Shown here: positions 19,066 through 28,699 of the stretch, piece by piece
Layout: each line of letters starts with the position of its first letter
Position numbering within the stretch: position 1 is the first letter of the stretch
DNA from: a virus
Taxonomy: Duplodnaviria > Caudoviricetes
IMG/VR virus record: IMGVR_UViG_3300037467_002029
Location: 1-64,000 of that record
Length of the DNA stretch: 64,000 bases
Strand: one strand, 5' to 3'
Program-made: the position numbers and the translations under genes
The notes under the pieces: generated by a model
What the model was told of the DNA's origin: nothing
Seen by the model: the letters and a program-made list of their open reading frames with translations, nothing else
Database searches by the model: none

Positions 19066-19507
19066 GCAGCAGACTCCTGAGATCGGTGTCGGGGAGCTTC
19101 GGCCGGAGGTCGGGGACGTCCGGATGCCGAAGGATGAAAGCAGTCGAGTTGCGCCAGAAATCCCGGTACGGTTCGGCACAGCTGAAGCGACCCAGCCGGT
19201 GGTGGGTGATCATGTTGTCACCCACGTAGATCGCGAAATGATTGGGGTTGCTCTCACCGATCGCGAGACAGAGCACGTCGGCGGGCCGAAGATCTTTGAA
19301 CTTCCAGTCGGTAACCATTTGGAAGCCTTCGCGCTCATGGAGCTTGCGGATCAGATCATCACTGTCCGCGCTCCAGTCGTGCGGTCGGGCGTAGTTGGTG
19401 ATCGGGATCTGGAAATTGTCCCAGAAGAACTCCCGCCCATGCGCGAAGCAGTCGCGGACACCCGGGAGGAACGATCGCCCGCAGAGGTGCTCGTACTGCA
19501 GGATCAC
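19037..19507 (-). CDS. NlpC/P60 tail assembly protein (K C-terminal-like)
   Basis: DCF...HFAIYVGDNMITHH. Confidence 0.8.
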   Translation of the reverse strand: MILQYEHLCGRSFLPGVRDCFAHGREFFWDNFQIPITNYARPHDWSADSDDLIRKLHEREGFQMVTDWKFKDLRPADVLCLAIGESNPNHFAIYVGDNMITHHRLGRFSCAEPYRDFWRNSTAFILRHPDVPDLRPKLPDTDLRSLLRDRYRVQSA

Positions 19508-20019
19508 TGCTGCACCGCAGGGTATGCGGGAGGGAAATAGGCCCTGTACGGAAGAGTGAAGCCGAGAGAGTCTGAGGCCGTGGCCAGTTGTAGCTCGATC
19601 GAGAGACGGCTGTACTGCGGCACGCGCTTCACGCGATAGGAGCGCTCCTGCCTGATCAATCGATTGTTCAGCAGGTTGTCGAGCAGGATGACGATATGTT
19701 TGACAGTCCCGCCTTCGAGATAGCCGTCATAGACCAATGGCTTGAACGGCGAGAGGTCGACGGTGCCGTCACCGATGGTGAGTTTTGGAAGTAGAGAACT
19801 GCCGTCCGTCGACTTCTTGAAGCCGGTCATGGCGATCGGCAGGCCCTCATAGGTGTGACCCTGCCAGTCGACGTTGTTGTCGCCCTTGAAGTAGATCGTG
19901 CCGCTGCCGTCGTTGGGCGTGAGCTCGAAGAGGTCGATCTCCGCATCGGCCTCAAGCTTGTGGGCATCCTGGATATGTTCAGCGGGGATCGAGGTCACAC
20001 GGCGCGGTGTATGGGTCAC
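19504..20019 (-). CDS. Minor tail protein L-like
   Basis: IDLFEL...WQGHTYEGLPI...PKLTIG...IELQLATASD. Confidence 0.75.
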   Translation of the reverse strand: MTHTPRRVTSIPAEHIQDAHKLEADAEIDLFELTPNDGSGTIYFKGDNNVDWQGHTYEGLPIAMTGFKKSTDGSSLLPKLTIGDGTVDLSPFKPLVYDGYLEGGTVKHIVILLDNLLNNRLIRQERSYRVKRVPQYSRLSIELQLATASDSLGFTLPYRAYFPPAYPAVQQ

Positions 20020-20061
20020 CGTTCGTGGTGGAACAGGACGGGCTGTGACTTAGGCCCGGAA

Positions 20062-20074
20062 GTGACCGGGTCAC
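20062..20074. promoter_or_regulatory. Palindromic operator GTGAC-CGG-GTCAC
   Basis: AAGTGACCGGGTCACTT, intergenic. Confidence 0.7.
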
Positions 20075-20082
20075 TTCATATG

Positions 20083-20112
20083 AAAAGGGCCGGAGCTTTC
20101 GCCCCGGCCCTT
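20083..20112 (-). terminator. Rho-independent terminator after major tail gene
   Basis: GGGCCGGGGC-GAAA-GCTCCGGCCC-TTTT on minus strand. Confidence 0.7.
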
Positions 20113-20152
20113 CCACTCACCGCAGAGAAGAGGCCCGTCTGCGGGAACTGGC

Positions 20153-20992
20153 TTAGGCGGCGTAGAGCCGGCCTGCGGCCTTGGTACCGATCTCGACGAG
20201 GCGCCCAGTGGCGGCTTCCGAGGCGGTGAGCAGGAGTCCACGCATTTCCCAGGGCATCGCGCCGTACTGGGTCTCGGTGAAGGACAGATTGAAACCCTTC
20301 GTGACCTGGACCTTGGGCGCAACGTAGACGACCGGGCGGCCGAAGTTGGCGAGCGTACCGACGATCTTGACCGAGAACAGGTCGCCCTGGTCCGTCGAAC
20401 CGGCCTCCATCTCGGTCACGACCCAGACGACCGCACCGGCCGGGAAGCTCATTCCGGCTGGGATCGGGAAACCCGCAATCGACACCGTGTGATCGCCGGC
20501 CGCAAAGGTGGAATCCGCCGCGGCGCGGCACGGAAAAACATAGCCGTCGATTGTGGGATGCTGAATAAGGAGCGTGTCACCCGCTTTGATGACCGCAGCA
20601 GCCGAGCCGAGCGTGCTGAGCGCTTCACCCGGGATCGGATAATCGTTGAGCGTCAGCGAAACCGCCGCTGCCGCCGCTGCCGTCTTCAGCTTGCCACGAA
20701 GCGGCTGACGAGCAGCCGTGCCAAAACCTTGCGCGCGAAGCAGGTTGTCAGCCGAATATTCCTGAACGGAACCGGTGATCTGCGACTGTACATTCGTCCT
20801 CTTGGTGTCGACAAGCGCCTGGGCGATGCCGGCCGTCAGGTCGAGGTTCGAGCTGTCGACCACGACAGCGATTTCCTTCGCCAGGCCCACGGAGTGGTCG
20901 GCGGGGTTCAGGTCAAATACGGGGACGTCTCCGAACTTCGCCATCATCAGCGTGGCGCTCGAGAGCATGAAAGCGTTCTTCTTTGCCGACAT
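20153..20992 (-). CDS. Major tail tube protein
   Basis: 279 aa; N-terminal SVGLAKEI and C-terminal PKVQVTKGFNLSFTETQYGAMPWE resemble siphovirus tube folds; strong RBS and terminator. Confidence 0.6.
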   Translation of the reverse strand: MSAKKNAFMLSSATLMMAKFGDVPVFDLNPADHSVGLAKEIAVVVDSSNLDLTAGIAQALVDTKRTNVQSQITGSVQEYSADNLLRAQGFGTAARQPLRGKLKTAAAAAAVSLTLNDYPIPGEALSTLGSAAAVIKAGDTLLIQHPTIDGYVFPCRAAADSTFAAGDHTVSIAGFPIPAGMSFPAGAVVWVVTEMEAGSTDQGDLFSVKIVGTLANFGRPVVYVAPKVQVTKGFNLSFTETQYGAMPWEMRGLLLTASEAATGRLVEIGTKAAGRLYAA

Positions 20993-21089
20993 GGCAGGGG
21001 CTCCTCATGGGGTGGGCAAACTGTCGATCACCCCTTTGAGAGCGCCCCATCGCGAACTCACGGCAAAGCGCGGCCACCGCAATCCACCG

Positions 21090-21641
21090 TTATGTCAGGA
21101 CTCCGATCGTCACGCCGAGGGCAAGTTCAGCGCGCGTTACTTTCCGACCGTCGATGAGATCGTCATGCTGGATCACCTTACCGGTAATGATGCGCGACTG
21201 CTCAAAGCTCGCGCTCATGCGGAAGTCGCCCACTTCACGGTCAAGCGGTTCAATCGCTGCCCAGAACGTGCCGAGCTCGTCTAGGCCTTCATCTTTCTCG
21301 AGGTGGGTCACGACATCCGTAACCTTCTTGCGCCGCTGCCATTTGACTTGCTGGGTGGCTTCAAAGAGCCGCCAGCTCATCCAGATTGTCCCCTCGGGCT
21401 GTTCTGAGGGACCGTTGTCTCCAACAATAAAGACCGAGCCTCCCGGCGTGCGGATCACCATACCAGCGCGCACCGCTGACTTGGCGGTCGTACGCAGAAC
21501 GTGTCGCGGATTGACGAAGGCATAGACCGGGATCTGCTTCTGGTCCGCTTCCGAGATGACACCGTGAATGACGCCACTACCGCCCTCGATAACGGTGAGC
21601 GGCACCTCGAAACGTCGTCCAAGTTTTGTCAGACTGGCCAT
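21090..21641 (-). CDS. Virion structural protein, possible head-closure
   Basis: Beta-rich 183 aa in structural run. Confidence 0.4.
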   Translation of the reverse strand: MASLTKLGRRFEVPLTVIEGGSGVIHGVISEADQKQIPVYAFVNPRHVLRTTAKSAVRAGMVIRTPGGSVFIVGDNGPSEQPEGTIWMSWRLFEATQQVKWQRRKKVTDVVTHLEKDEGLDELGTFWAAIEPLDREVGDFRMSASFEQSRIITGKVIQHDDLIDGRKVTRAELALGVTIGVLT

Positions 21642-21643
21642 GC

Positions 21644-22048
21644 TCAGTACCCCGGATTGTGATGAACGAGCTTCATCTCGAAAGCGTCGATGAGCCCTCC
21701 GGAGCTCGGGATGGCCTTCGGGATTTTCAGCGGCTCCCTGAAGCGGACTGTCAGTTGACCAAGGTGAGGATGTCGGAAGTCGAACGGCTTCCAAAGGCCA
21801 TGCTGCTCGTAGAAGAGCTCGAGACGACGCGCGTTGTAACGCGGGTTGGTGCTCTGATCGAAAAGGCCCGTGCCCTTCAGGTACCAATACATGCCCTGCA
21901 GCTGCACGACGAAGCTCTTCTGATAAGGCACTCGCGGCTTGGATGAGAAGTACCAGCCGTTGAAGGACACACCTTTCCCATCCCCCGACGGGGGTTCAGT
22001 TTCCGGCACCATGTAGTCCGGACAGAAGTCGAAGAGATCGTTAGCCAC
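21644..22048 (-). CDS. Distal tail protein (lambda M-like)
   Basis: Directly after tape measure; LELFYEQHGLWKPFDFRHP. Confidence 0.7.
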   Translation of the reverse strand: MANDLFDFCPDYMVPETEPPSGDGKGVSFNGWYFSSKPRVPYQKSFVVQLQGMYWYLKGTGLFDQSTNPRYNARRLELFYEQHGLWKPFDFRHPHLGQLTVRFREPLKIPKAIPSSGGLIDAFEMKLVHHNPGY

Positions 22049-25000
22049 CCTGTGCCACCTGTTTGATTAGCTGCTTGGTCGGACCGCCGCGGTAAATGTC
22101 GTTGGCGACTACCACGAGGACGTCATTCGGCCCCATCTGGGGCTTGTCCTCCGGGGCCACGACGTAGACGTTCATGTTCTGCATGGCCGGCGGTGGCATC
22201 ACGACCTTGGGACCGAAATCGCGCATTGCCAGCGCGCCGCGCTCATTGAGCGCCCGCATGAAGTCAGGGCCTACGCTGTCGACTGCAGGCTTCCGAACGA
22301 TCCACTCCCCGTTCGCAACCTTGCGATAAGTGCTGTCACGATTGGGAACGCCGTCACGAATGTGCTCGCCGCGGTAGGCTCCTTTGACCTTGCCGCCGTA
22401 GAGCATCCCGGCGTTGAGATCGATGCCCGATGCGGCTTCTGCCGACCGGGCATTCGCGATAACGGAGTCACCTGATTGCCCACCAATACCCAACGCCGCC
22501 TGGAGGATCTTCACGACGATCATCTTCGCAATGAGCTTGATCAGATACTGGATGATCGACTGGACCATGTTGCGGAAGGCTTCCCGCATGGACATGGTCC
22601 CGCTGATCACGTTCCCCAGGAACTCTTCCATCGACGCGGATACGGTTTCAAGCGCACCGCCCAGGTTCATTTTGATCATGTCGGCCCAAGAGGCCGTGAG
22701 GTTGTGTGCTTCGCGGAAGTTCTGGACCGCGCCAGCCCAGGCCTGGCTCATGCTCGTGGGCAGCTCGGCGAGACCACCGAAGCTCGCCTTGAGCTCGGCG
22801 TTGTCGTTCGTCAGGCCAACGATCTTGAGGTGCAGATCCTCGAGTGACTTCAGTGCCGGATCGATGTTCGTGAGCAGGTCGTGCTGCTTCGCGGCGTCCG
22901 AGACCCCGGCGATGTTGTTGAAGGCTGCGGTCAGGCCAGCGATACGCTGATCGTTGATACCGATTTGGGCGGCGTCGCGCTGATCCCTCGCGCGCGCGGC
23001 CTGGCGCTCGAGATTGGCTCGGACGTAATCGGGAACTTTGTTCTTGAGATCTTCGCGATCGAGCGAGCTCAGCCTCGACTGCACCATGTTGAGGCGGTGG
23101 TCGGCTTCCTCTTCGGCGGTCTTGGCGACGCGCTCGACAGCGTCGACCATGACCTGCAGCGCCTTGGCGATCTGCTCACCGACCTGGCGCTGCGTCTCTT
23201 CGCGCTTGGCACTGATCTCGCGATTGAGGTCGTCGATCATGTCCTTGCCGCGACCAGAGTTCGGATCGAGCTTCAGCTGTTTGATCTGGTCCCGGACCTG
23301 CTCGGTGCGGTCGGCGATCCACTGATCAAGAGCCTTGTCGACCCGCCCGATGTTCTGCTGCAGGCGATCGGGCGTCAGCGTCCTACTTTGCGCGACGATG
23401 AGCTCGCCTTCTGGCCCGGTTGAGACTTTGCCCCCAGGGTTCAGGAGCCCCTTGATTGCGTTCGACAGCTCGGCGGCCGATGCTTTCAGGCTCAGCGAGT
23501 CAGCGGCGCGCTCTTGACGGTTGGCCAGCCCCCCATGGTTCTTCTTTTTTGATTCCGGTGCTTCCGGGTGGGCCCCACTTCCGATGAAGCCTTCAAGCTG
23601 CTGAATGAGCGCGTCGTAGGCACCGGCCACGCTGGCGGTCTTGCCCTGCTTCGCCTTCTCATACTGTGCGATCTTCGCCTTGATCTGGGCATCAGGCTTG
23701 CCGGCCAGCGCCGATGTTTCGGCCTGGAGCGCGGCGCCCTTCTTCGTTGACAGCTGTCCTACGATGTCGAGCTGACCACGAGCCTGCTGTGACGCGCGCA
23801 GCGCATTCACGCCCTTGTCGAGCGAGACTGAGAACTCATCAACGAAGTGCTTAAGCTCGGCCGGGAGTTTTGCGGCAGCGTCGAACAGCTGCCGGCGGAG
23901 CGTATCATTGCCCGGGTCGGCGATGACTGACTGGTAGAGCCCCTGCACGTTCTTCGGCAGGCGATTGAACGCTCCGTTCTGGAGCCCCGTCTGGGTGATC
24001 GAGTTCGCCTGACCGATGAACTGTCCGCCCTGAGCGCGTGCGGCGACCGCCTGCGTTTGAAGCGCGCTGCCGAGAGTCCGCAGCTGCTCGAGCCGATAAT
24101 TGCGAAGCGCCGCAGTCAGGTTGTCATAGCTGACCGTCGTGCTGTCGAGGTACGACGCAAGCCCCTGAAAGCGCGTGGAGAGTGTGGCGACTTCCGCCTG
24201 GAGCGCCATCTGATTGGAGCTGAGCTCCTTACCCCGAACGTAAACACGAGCCGTCGCGTCGTCGAGCGACGCGAGGACAGTGCGCTGCTTGCCAACAGCT
24301 TCTGTCGCCTGATTGAAGGCGGTCGTTGTCCGCTCAATCCCTTCAGCGTGAGCGTCTTCGGCGTCAGCGAGATCGTCCTTGATCCGCTGGTAGTCTTCCA
24401 TCTGCTGCAGGATCTGAGCCTGCTTCTCGGTGTCGAAATAGCCCGTCGCCGAATACGCCCGCTCGAGCTTGGTGAGCGTTTCATCGGACAGGTTGTCATT
24501 GACCGTCTTGAAGTAGCTCTCGAGCGCGTCGGTGGCTGGCTTGATGGCATTGCTCGTCGTGTCGTTGACGATGTTCTTGAACCGCTGCCATTCGGCGGCG
24601 AGCGAGTCCTGACCCTTGGCCGCCGCTTCCGCCGCCTGGCCGATCTGGTTCTGAGCGATGATCTGCTGCTGGATCTCCTCACGATTGTTGCGGAGAACCA
24701 GGTACGCCGCGGCGGCGCGCGTCTCGAGCGTCTTGTAAGCCGCGGCGCTGTCAAAGCCGGCGGCGGCCAATCGGTTGAGCACCTCGGGCAAGCCGAGCTG
24801 ATCGACGTCGATGTCGGCCATCGACAGGTGAAGCTTCTTGAGCTCCGCCGCGAGCGCTTTCGTCGGCGTCTGCAGGTCGACCAGGAATTGGCGGATGCCG
24901 GTTCCGATGGTCGAGCCTGAACGAATGCCGGCATTGGCCATCGTGGCCATGACAGCTGTCAGCTCCTCGAAGCTGATCTTGTTCTCGTGTGCGGTCGCAC

Positions 25001-26585
25001 CGGCATATTGGATGCCGAGCGCCACCTGCTGGATGTTGAGCTTCGTGCGGTTCAACGCCGAAGCGAGCACGTCATTGATGTGAGCGGTTTCGCCGGCCTG
25101 CAACTGGAAGGCACCGATCGCTGCCGTGACCACATCCGTGGCTTCGGCGATCGAGGTACCCGACGCGGTGGCGAGCTGCGAGATGCTCTTGAGCGAGTCC
25201 GCGATTTCGCCCTGGGTGAAGCCCGCCTGGGCGAGGATTGTTGCGGACTGGGCGAGGTCGAGGGTCGAGAAGCGCGACTGCTTGCCGACATCGGCAATCG
25301 TCTGCGCGAGCTCGGCCTGCTGCGTCGCGGTCGCGCCCGAGATCGCACCGAGCTTGGCGATGGCATCCTCGAACTCGATCGAATAGGTGATGCCATCCTT
25401 GATCGCGCCGATCGTGGCGTAGATCGCCGCCGCCGCGGCGCCATAAGCCGCGGTGCGCGCGAAGATGCCGCCGACACCGGTACTCCCGAACAGGCCGCCC
25501 CCGCCTCCGTTGGCGGGCTTCTGCGCCTGACGGTTCGCGCGCTCCTGCTGGGCGGTCTCACTTTCGAGCGCCCGCACGCGCCGGTTAATGATCTGCAGCC
25601 GGGCCTCGTCGACCTTGAGCTGCTGCTCGGCACTGACCTTCTCCTGGCCGCTGAGTACCCGGGTCTTCTCGATCTGCCTCGCGATCGCCGCTTCGAGGTC
25701 AGCCTGGCGGATCTTGGCGCCGTTGAGCTCGAGCTGCGCGGCTAGAGCGCGCTCCTCGTTGCGACCGCTGCGAATATCGAGCGCGGCATTGATGCGGCCG
25801 TCGGAGGTTACGACCTTGTTGTTCGCGCGCTGCTCGGCCCCGATACGGCTCTCGGCCAGCTTCAGCCGCTCGCGCTCCTGCGCGATGATCAGGTGCAGCT
25901 GGCGATCTTCCTCGTTGCCGATCTTGCCGAGCATGCCTCGGGCTTCGGTGATGCGGTTGACCGCCAGGAGCCGCTGGTTCTCAAGATCTCGGAGTGTCGT
26001 CGCGTTCTGGACGTCACCGCGCATTGTCTCGCGGCCGTTCTTGAACCTGTTCTGCTCGGTCAGGCGCGCTTGTTCGCGCTCAGCCTGCATCGCTTGTGCG
26101 CGCTCGCGCTCCCAGCGTTGGGTGGCGAGCCGCTCCTTCGTCTGCTCGAGCTTGATCGCCGAGGCCGTCCGATCACGATCGTAGGAGGCCCACATCTGAG
26201 CCTCCTGGGACATCCGCTTTTGGGAGAGCTGGGTCTTCTGAGCCTCGAGCTGCTGCCAGGTGCGTTCCTCTTCCTGGGCGCGCTGGCGCATCTGCTGAGC
26301 CTGCACCGCCATCTGGCCTTGCGGCGAGGCAGCGAACACCTTGGCGTTGATGCTCTGGACGTTCTTTTCGAAGCGCTCGAGGGCCGAGATCGTCTTGTTG
26401 AAATCGCCGAGCGTCTTCTGGAGTGAGCCGCCGAAGCCATTCGCGGCTTCTCGAGCCTTCGTCTGGATCGCGGTTACGGAGGCCTGGATCTGCTGGACGC
26501 GGCGGGCGACCTCATCGAACGCCTTGAAGACGGCCTGGCCGTCTGCGTCGAGAATGACATCGGTTTCGACTGTGCCGCCGCTCAT
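22041..26585 (-). CDS. Tape measure protein (TP901-type core)
   Basis: 1514 aa helical; EFEDAIAKLGAISGAT...LNRTKL...AGIRSGSTIGTGIR; C-terminal GEWIVRK. Confidence 0.95.
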   Translation of the reverse strand: MSGGTVETDVILDADGQAVFKAFDEVARRVQQIQASVTAIQTKAREAANGFGGSLQKTLGDFNKTISALERFEKNVQSINAKVFAASPQGQMAVQAQQMRQRAQEEERTWQQLEAQKTQLSQKRMSQEAQMWASYDRDRTASAIKLEQTKERLATQRWERERAQAMQAEREQARLTEQNRFKNGRETMRGDVQNATTLRDLENQRLLAVNRITEARGMLGKIGNEEDRQLHLIIAQERERLKLAESRIGAEQRANNKVVTSDGRINAALDIRSGRNEERALAAQLELNGAKIRQADLEAAIARQIEKTRVLSGQEKVSAEQQLKVDEARLQIINRRVRALESETAQQERANRQAQKPANGGGGGLFGSTGVGGIFARTAAYGAAAAAIYATIGAIKDGITYSIEFEDAIAKLGAISGATATQQAELAQTIADVGKQSRFSTLDLAQSATILAQAGFTQGEIADSLKSISQLATASGTSIAEATDVVTAAIGAFQLQAGETAHINDVLASALNRTKLNIQQVALGIQYAGATAHENKISFEELTAVMATMANAGIRSGSTIGTGIRQFLVDLQTPTKALAAELKKLHLSMADIDVDQLGLPEVLNRLAAAGFDSAAAYKTLETRAAAAYLVLRNNREEIQQQIIAQNQIGQAAEAAAKGQDSLAAEWQRFKNIVNDTTSNAIKPATDALESYFKTVNDNLSDETLTKLERAYSATGYFDTEKQAQILQQMEDYQRIKDDLADAEDAHAEGIERTTTAFNQATEAVGKQRTVLASLDDATARVYVRGKELSSNQMALQAEVATLSTRFQGLASYLDSTTVSYDNLTAALRNYRLEQLRTLGSALQTQAVAARAQGGQFIGQANSITQTGLQNGAFNRLPKNVQGLYQSVIADPGNDTLRRQLFDAAAKLPAELKHFVDEFSVSLDKGVNALRASQQARGQLDIVGQLSTKKGAALQAETSALAGKPDAQIKAKIAQYEKAKQGKTASVAGAYDALIQQLEGFIGSGAHPEAPESKKKNHGGLANRQERAADSLSLKASAAELSNAIKGLLNPGGKVSTGPEGELIVAQSRTLTPDRLQQNIGRVDKALDQWIADRTEQVRDQIKQLKLDPNSGRGKDMIDDLNREISAKREETQRQVGEQIAKALQVMVDAVERVAKTAEEEADHRLNMVQSRLSSLDREDLKNKVPDYVRANLERQAARARDQRDAAQIGINDQRIAGLTAAFNNIAGVSDAAKQHDLLTNIDPALKSLEDLHLKIVGLTNDNAELKASFGGLAELPTSMSQAWAGAVQNFREAHNLTASWADMIKMNLGGALETVSASMEEFLGNVISGTMSMREAFRNMVQSIIQYLIKLIAKMIVVKILQAALGIGGQSGDSVIANARSAEAASGIDLNAGMLYGGKVKGAYRGEHIRDGVPNRDSTYRKVANGEWIVRKPAVDSVGPDFMRALNERGALAMRDFGPKVVMPPPAMQNMNVYVVAPEDKPQMGPNDVLVVVANDIYRGGPTKQLIKQVAQGG

Positions 26586-26774
26586 CCAGCACTCTCAACC
26601 GGAGCGGGGCAAGCATTTCACGTATTGGCTGTGACTTAGCAGGCCACCGCGCTCAGATTTTCGCGGCGGCCTGCCAAGTCCCCTTTGACGGGGAGATGTC
26701 CGGATCACCTCCTTTCGCAGCCAAAGCCAATTGTTCGGTAAGACCGGACGAAAAGTGACAACAGCAAAAAGGCG

Positions 26775-27173
26775 TCAACCAAAGTTCAGTGCGGCATTGA
26801 TGTTTGCAATCGCGGCATCGAACGAAGGCGCGTCAGCCAAGTCGGTGTAGTCGCCCTTCACAAGCGAACCGTCGCCGCTCTTCTTGTCGCCGAAGACACC
26901 GTTCACCACCTCCGCGAAGGCGGTGAACTGGCACATCATGCGGGCATTGAGCTCACCCAGCTTGAGCTTCACTCGACCGACGAGCTCATAAAAACTCAGT
27001 CGCCAGTACAGTTCTTCGAGATCGCCCTCGTCGATCTCGAACGCCCAACAAATGCTTTCCTCGAAACTTAGCTCTGCGAACCAGAGGTCGAGGGGGCGGG
27101 TTGGGCCTGGTCCAGCTTGCTGGCCAATAGTTCGGCTAACTGCTTCAGCCCGCCCGCCGAGATCCCGAAAAAA
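26775..27173 (-). CDS. Tail assembly chaperone GT extension (-1 frame)
   Basis: Open -1 frame from slippery site through LDLWFAELSFEESICWAF to 26775. Confidence 0.6.
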   Translation of the reverse strand, partial: FFRDLGGRAEAVSRTIGQQAGPGPTRPLDLWFAELSFEESICWAFEIDEGDLEELYWRLSFYELVGRVKLKLGELNARMMCQFTAFAEVVNGVFGDKKSGDGSLVKGDYTDLADAPSFDAAIANINAALNFG

Positions 27174-27493
27174 TACAGGAGGTGCCCCGTCGCCCACTGG
27201 AGAAGCTTGTTCATTTCATCGGGGTCGTCGAGACCAAGATCTTCGGCAGCTTTGAGCTCGGACTCGTCTTTGATGAGCTTCTTCTCCGGCGTCATGCAAC
27301 GCCGGAGAATGTAATCACGGGCGTACGGATCCGCGGCGATCGTATCCACGATGGCCCCTGGATCGGGGACCATGCGCTGCAGATCCTGGTGAAGACCGTA
27401 GCTCATCTTGATCGTGTACTCGGACTCATCCTCGAGCTTGACCGTACAAGTCAGCGGAGGGCGCTCGAGACCGTTGGTTGTCGCAGCGGTCAT
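27068..27493 (-). CDS. Tail assembly chaperone G
   Basis: Upstream of tape measure; contains slippery heptamer. Confidence 0.65.
   Translation of the reverse strand: MTAATTNGLERPPLTCTVKLEDESEYTIKMSYGLHQDLQRMVPDPGAIVDTIAADPYARDYILRRCMTPEKKLIKDESELKAAEDLGLDDPDEMNKLLQWATGHLLYFFGISAGGLKQLAELLASKLDQAQPAPSTSGSQS
27167..27173 (-). other. -1 frameshift slippery site T TTT TTC
   Basis: In-frame TAT TTT TTC (X XXY YYZ). Confidence 0.65.
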
Positions 27494-27705
27494 GCTTGCA
27501 CCGCCGGATCTTCCTGGACGATCTTGTCCAGGAGTAGCGCACGAAGAGCGCTGTCGAGCGAGATGTGCTTGTCCATCCCGAGGCGAAGGAGCCGATTGGC
27601 CAGCTGGTTGAGAGGGATACCCTCGGCTTGCGCCTTCTCAGCAAGCTCGAGGTAGAATGGGATTTCGACGCGAAGCGTAAAACTCCTGTGGGTTCGGTTG
27701 GACAC
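27490..27705 (-). CDS. Arc/ribbon-helix-helix DNA-binding protein
   Basis: SFTLRVEIPFYLELAEKAQAEGIPLNQLANRLL. Confidence 0.65.
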   Translation of the reverse strand: MSNRTHRSFTLRVEIPFYLELAEKAQAEGIPLNQLANRLLRLGMDKHISLDSALRALLLDKIVQEDPAVQA

Positions 27706-27774
27706 GGTGGCTCCTTGCGTTGACGCTTGAGCCTTATGGTGCACCGCGGTTGCCGGTGTAGAGCGCGCTGTGAC

Positions 27775-28671
27775 TTACCGCGTGCGCCCCGCGCCGTGGA
27801 CTTCCTGCCACTTCCAGCGGTTGCCCTGAAAGCCCTGCTCGATGCGCTTGAACACGGCGTTCGGCATCGCTCGTGTCAGGAAATATCCGATGAACGGCTG
27901 GATTGTCGGCCGAAATGGCACTGTCTGCGGATTGCCGCCAAGGCGCCACGCGGCGCGCTCGCCGAGCATCGCCAGAAGCCCTGAGCCCCGCGGGTTCGAA
28001 CCGAAATCACCAAGTCCTCCCCCGCCGAGCGCCGGCAGCATTCCTGGGGTGATCCGAGTCATGGCTTGCACGCGGATTGTCGCGATCGCGATCTTCGTGT
28101 CCGTATTGCGACTGTAATTCGTCGCGACCAATTTGGTGCTTCCGAGATCTTTTCGGTTCAGCGAAGTGTGCCTGTTGACCGAAACAGTGATGCCGCCGAA
28201 GGCGCCGGTCCACGCCTTTGGCGAGCGGAGTCCGCCAAGCACGGCGCCCGTCCGCTGGAACCATGCGTCACCTGCCCACTTGCGGGCTTGCATGTAGGAT
28301 GGCTCGCGCCGCGGCCAGTCGCCGGTGAGTGATCGGACAAAGGTACCATTGAGTCCCGGCATGCCTTTCATCGCGTCGGACTCCGGCGCAACAGTGGACA
28401 GCGTCCCCGTTGGGCCTCGATTTCGGCCGGCGATGCCGATGACGTGCGTCATGAAGAGCTGGGCCATGTGATCGAGCTCACGCTCGATATCTGCCTGCAT
28501 CCGTTCCTGGACCGTGCGCTTCAGCAGGTCGAACATTTTGTCGCCGTAAGAGACAGCGAAATCTTCAACGATCACCCGGGCGAAATTTTCGAAGCCGCGC
28601 GGCCTCAACTCCGAAGTGGTGGAGCCACCCTTCAGATGGTTGAACCTGAACCGTATCCTAAAGCTGGACAT
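27775..28671 (-). CDS. Virion morphogenesis / tail completion protein (putative)
   Basis: Basic, Gly-rich, ends PFRPTIQPFI; position in structural module. Confidence 0.4.
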   Translation of the reverse strand: MSSFRIRFRFNHLKGGSTTSELRPRGFENFARVIVEDFAVSYGDKMFDLLKRTVQERMQADIERELDHMAQLFMTHVIGIAGRNRGPTGTLSTVAPESDAMKGMPGLNGTFVRSLTGDWPRREPSYMQARKWAGDAWFQRTGAVLGGLRSPKAWTGAFGGITVSVNRHTSLNRKDLGSTKLVATNYSRNTDTKIAIATIRVQAMTRITPGMLPALGGGGLGDFGSNPRGSGLLAMLGERAAWRLGGNPQTVPFRPTIQPFIGYFLTRAMPNAVFKRIEQGFQGNRWKWQEVHGAGRTR

Positions 28672-28699
28672 GGGGACTCTGCTCTCTCACGCCGGCTGC

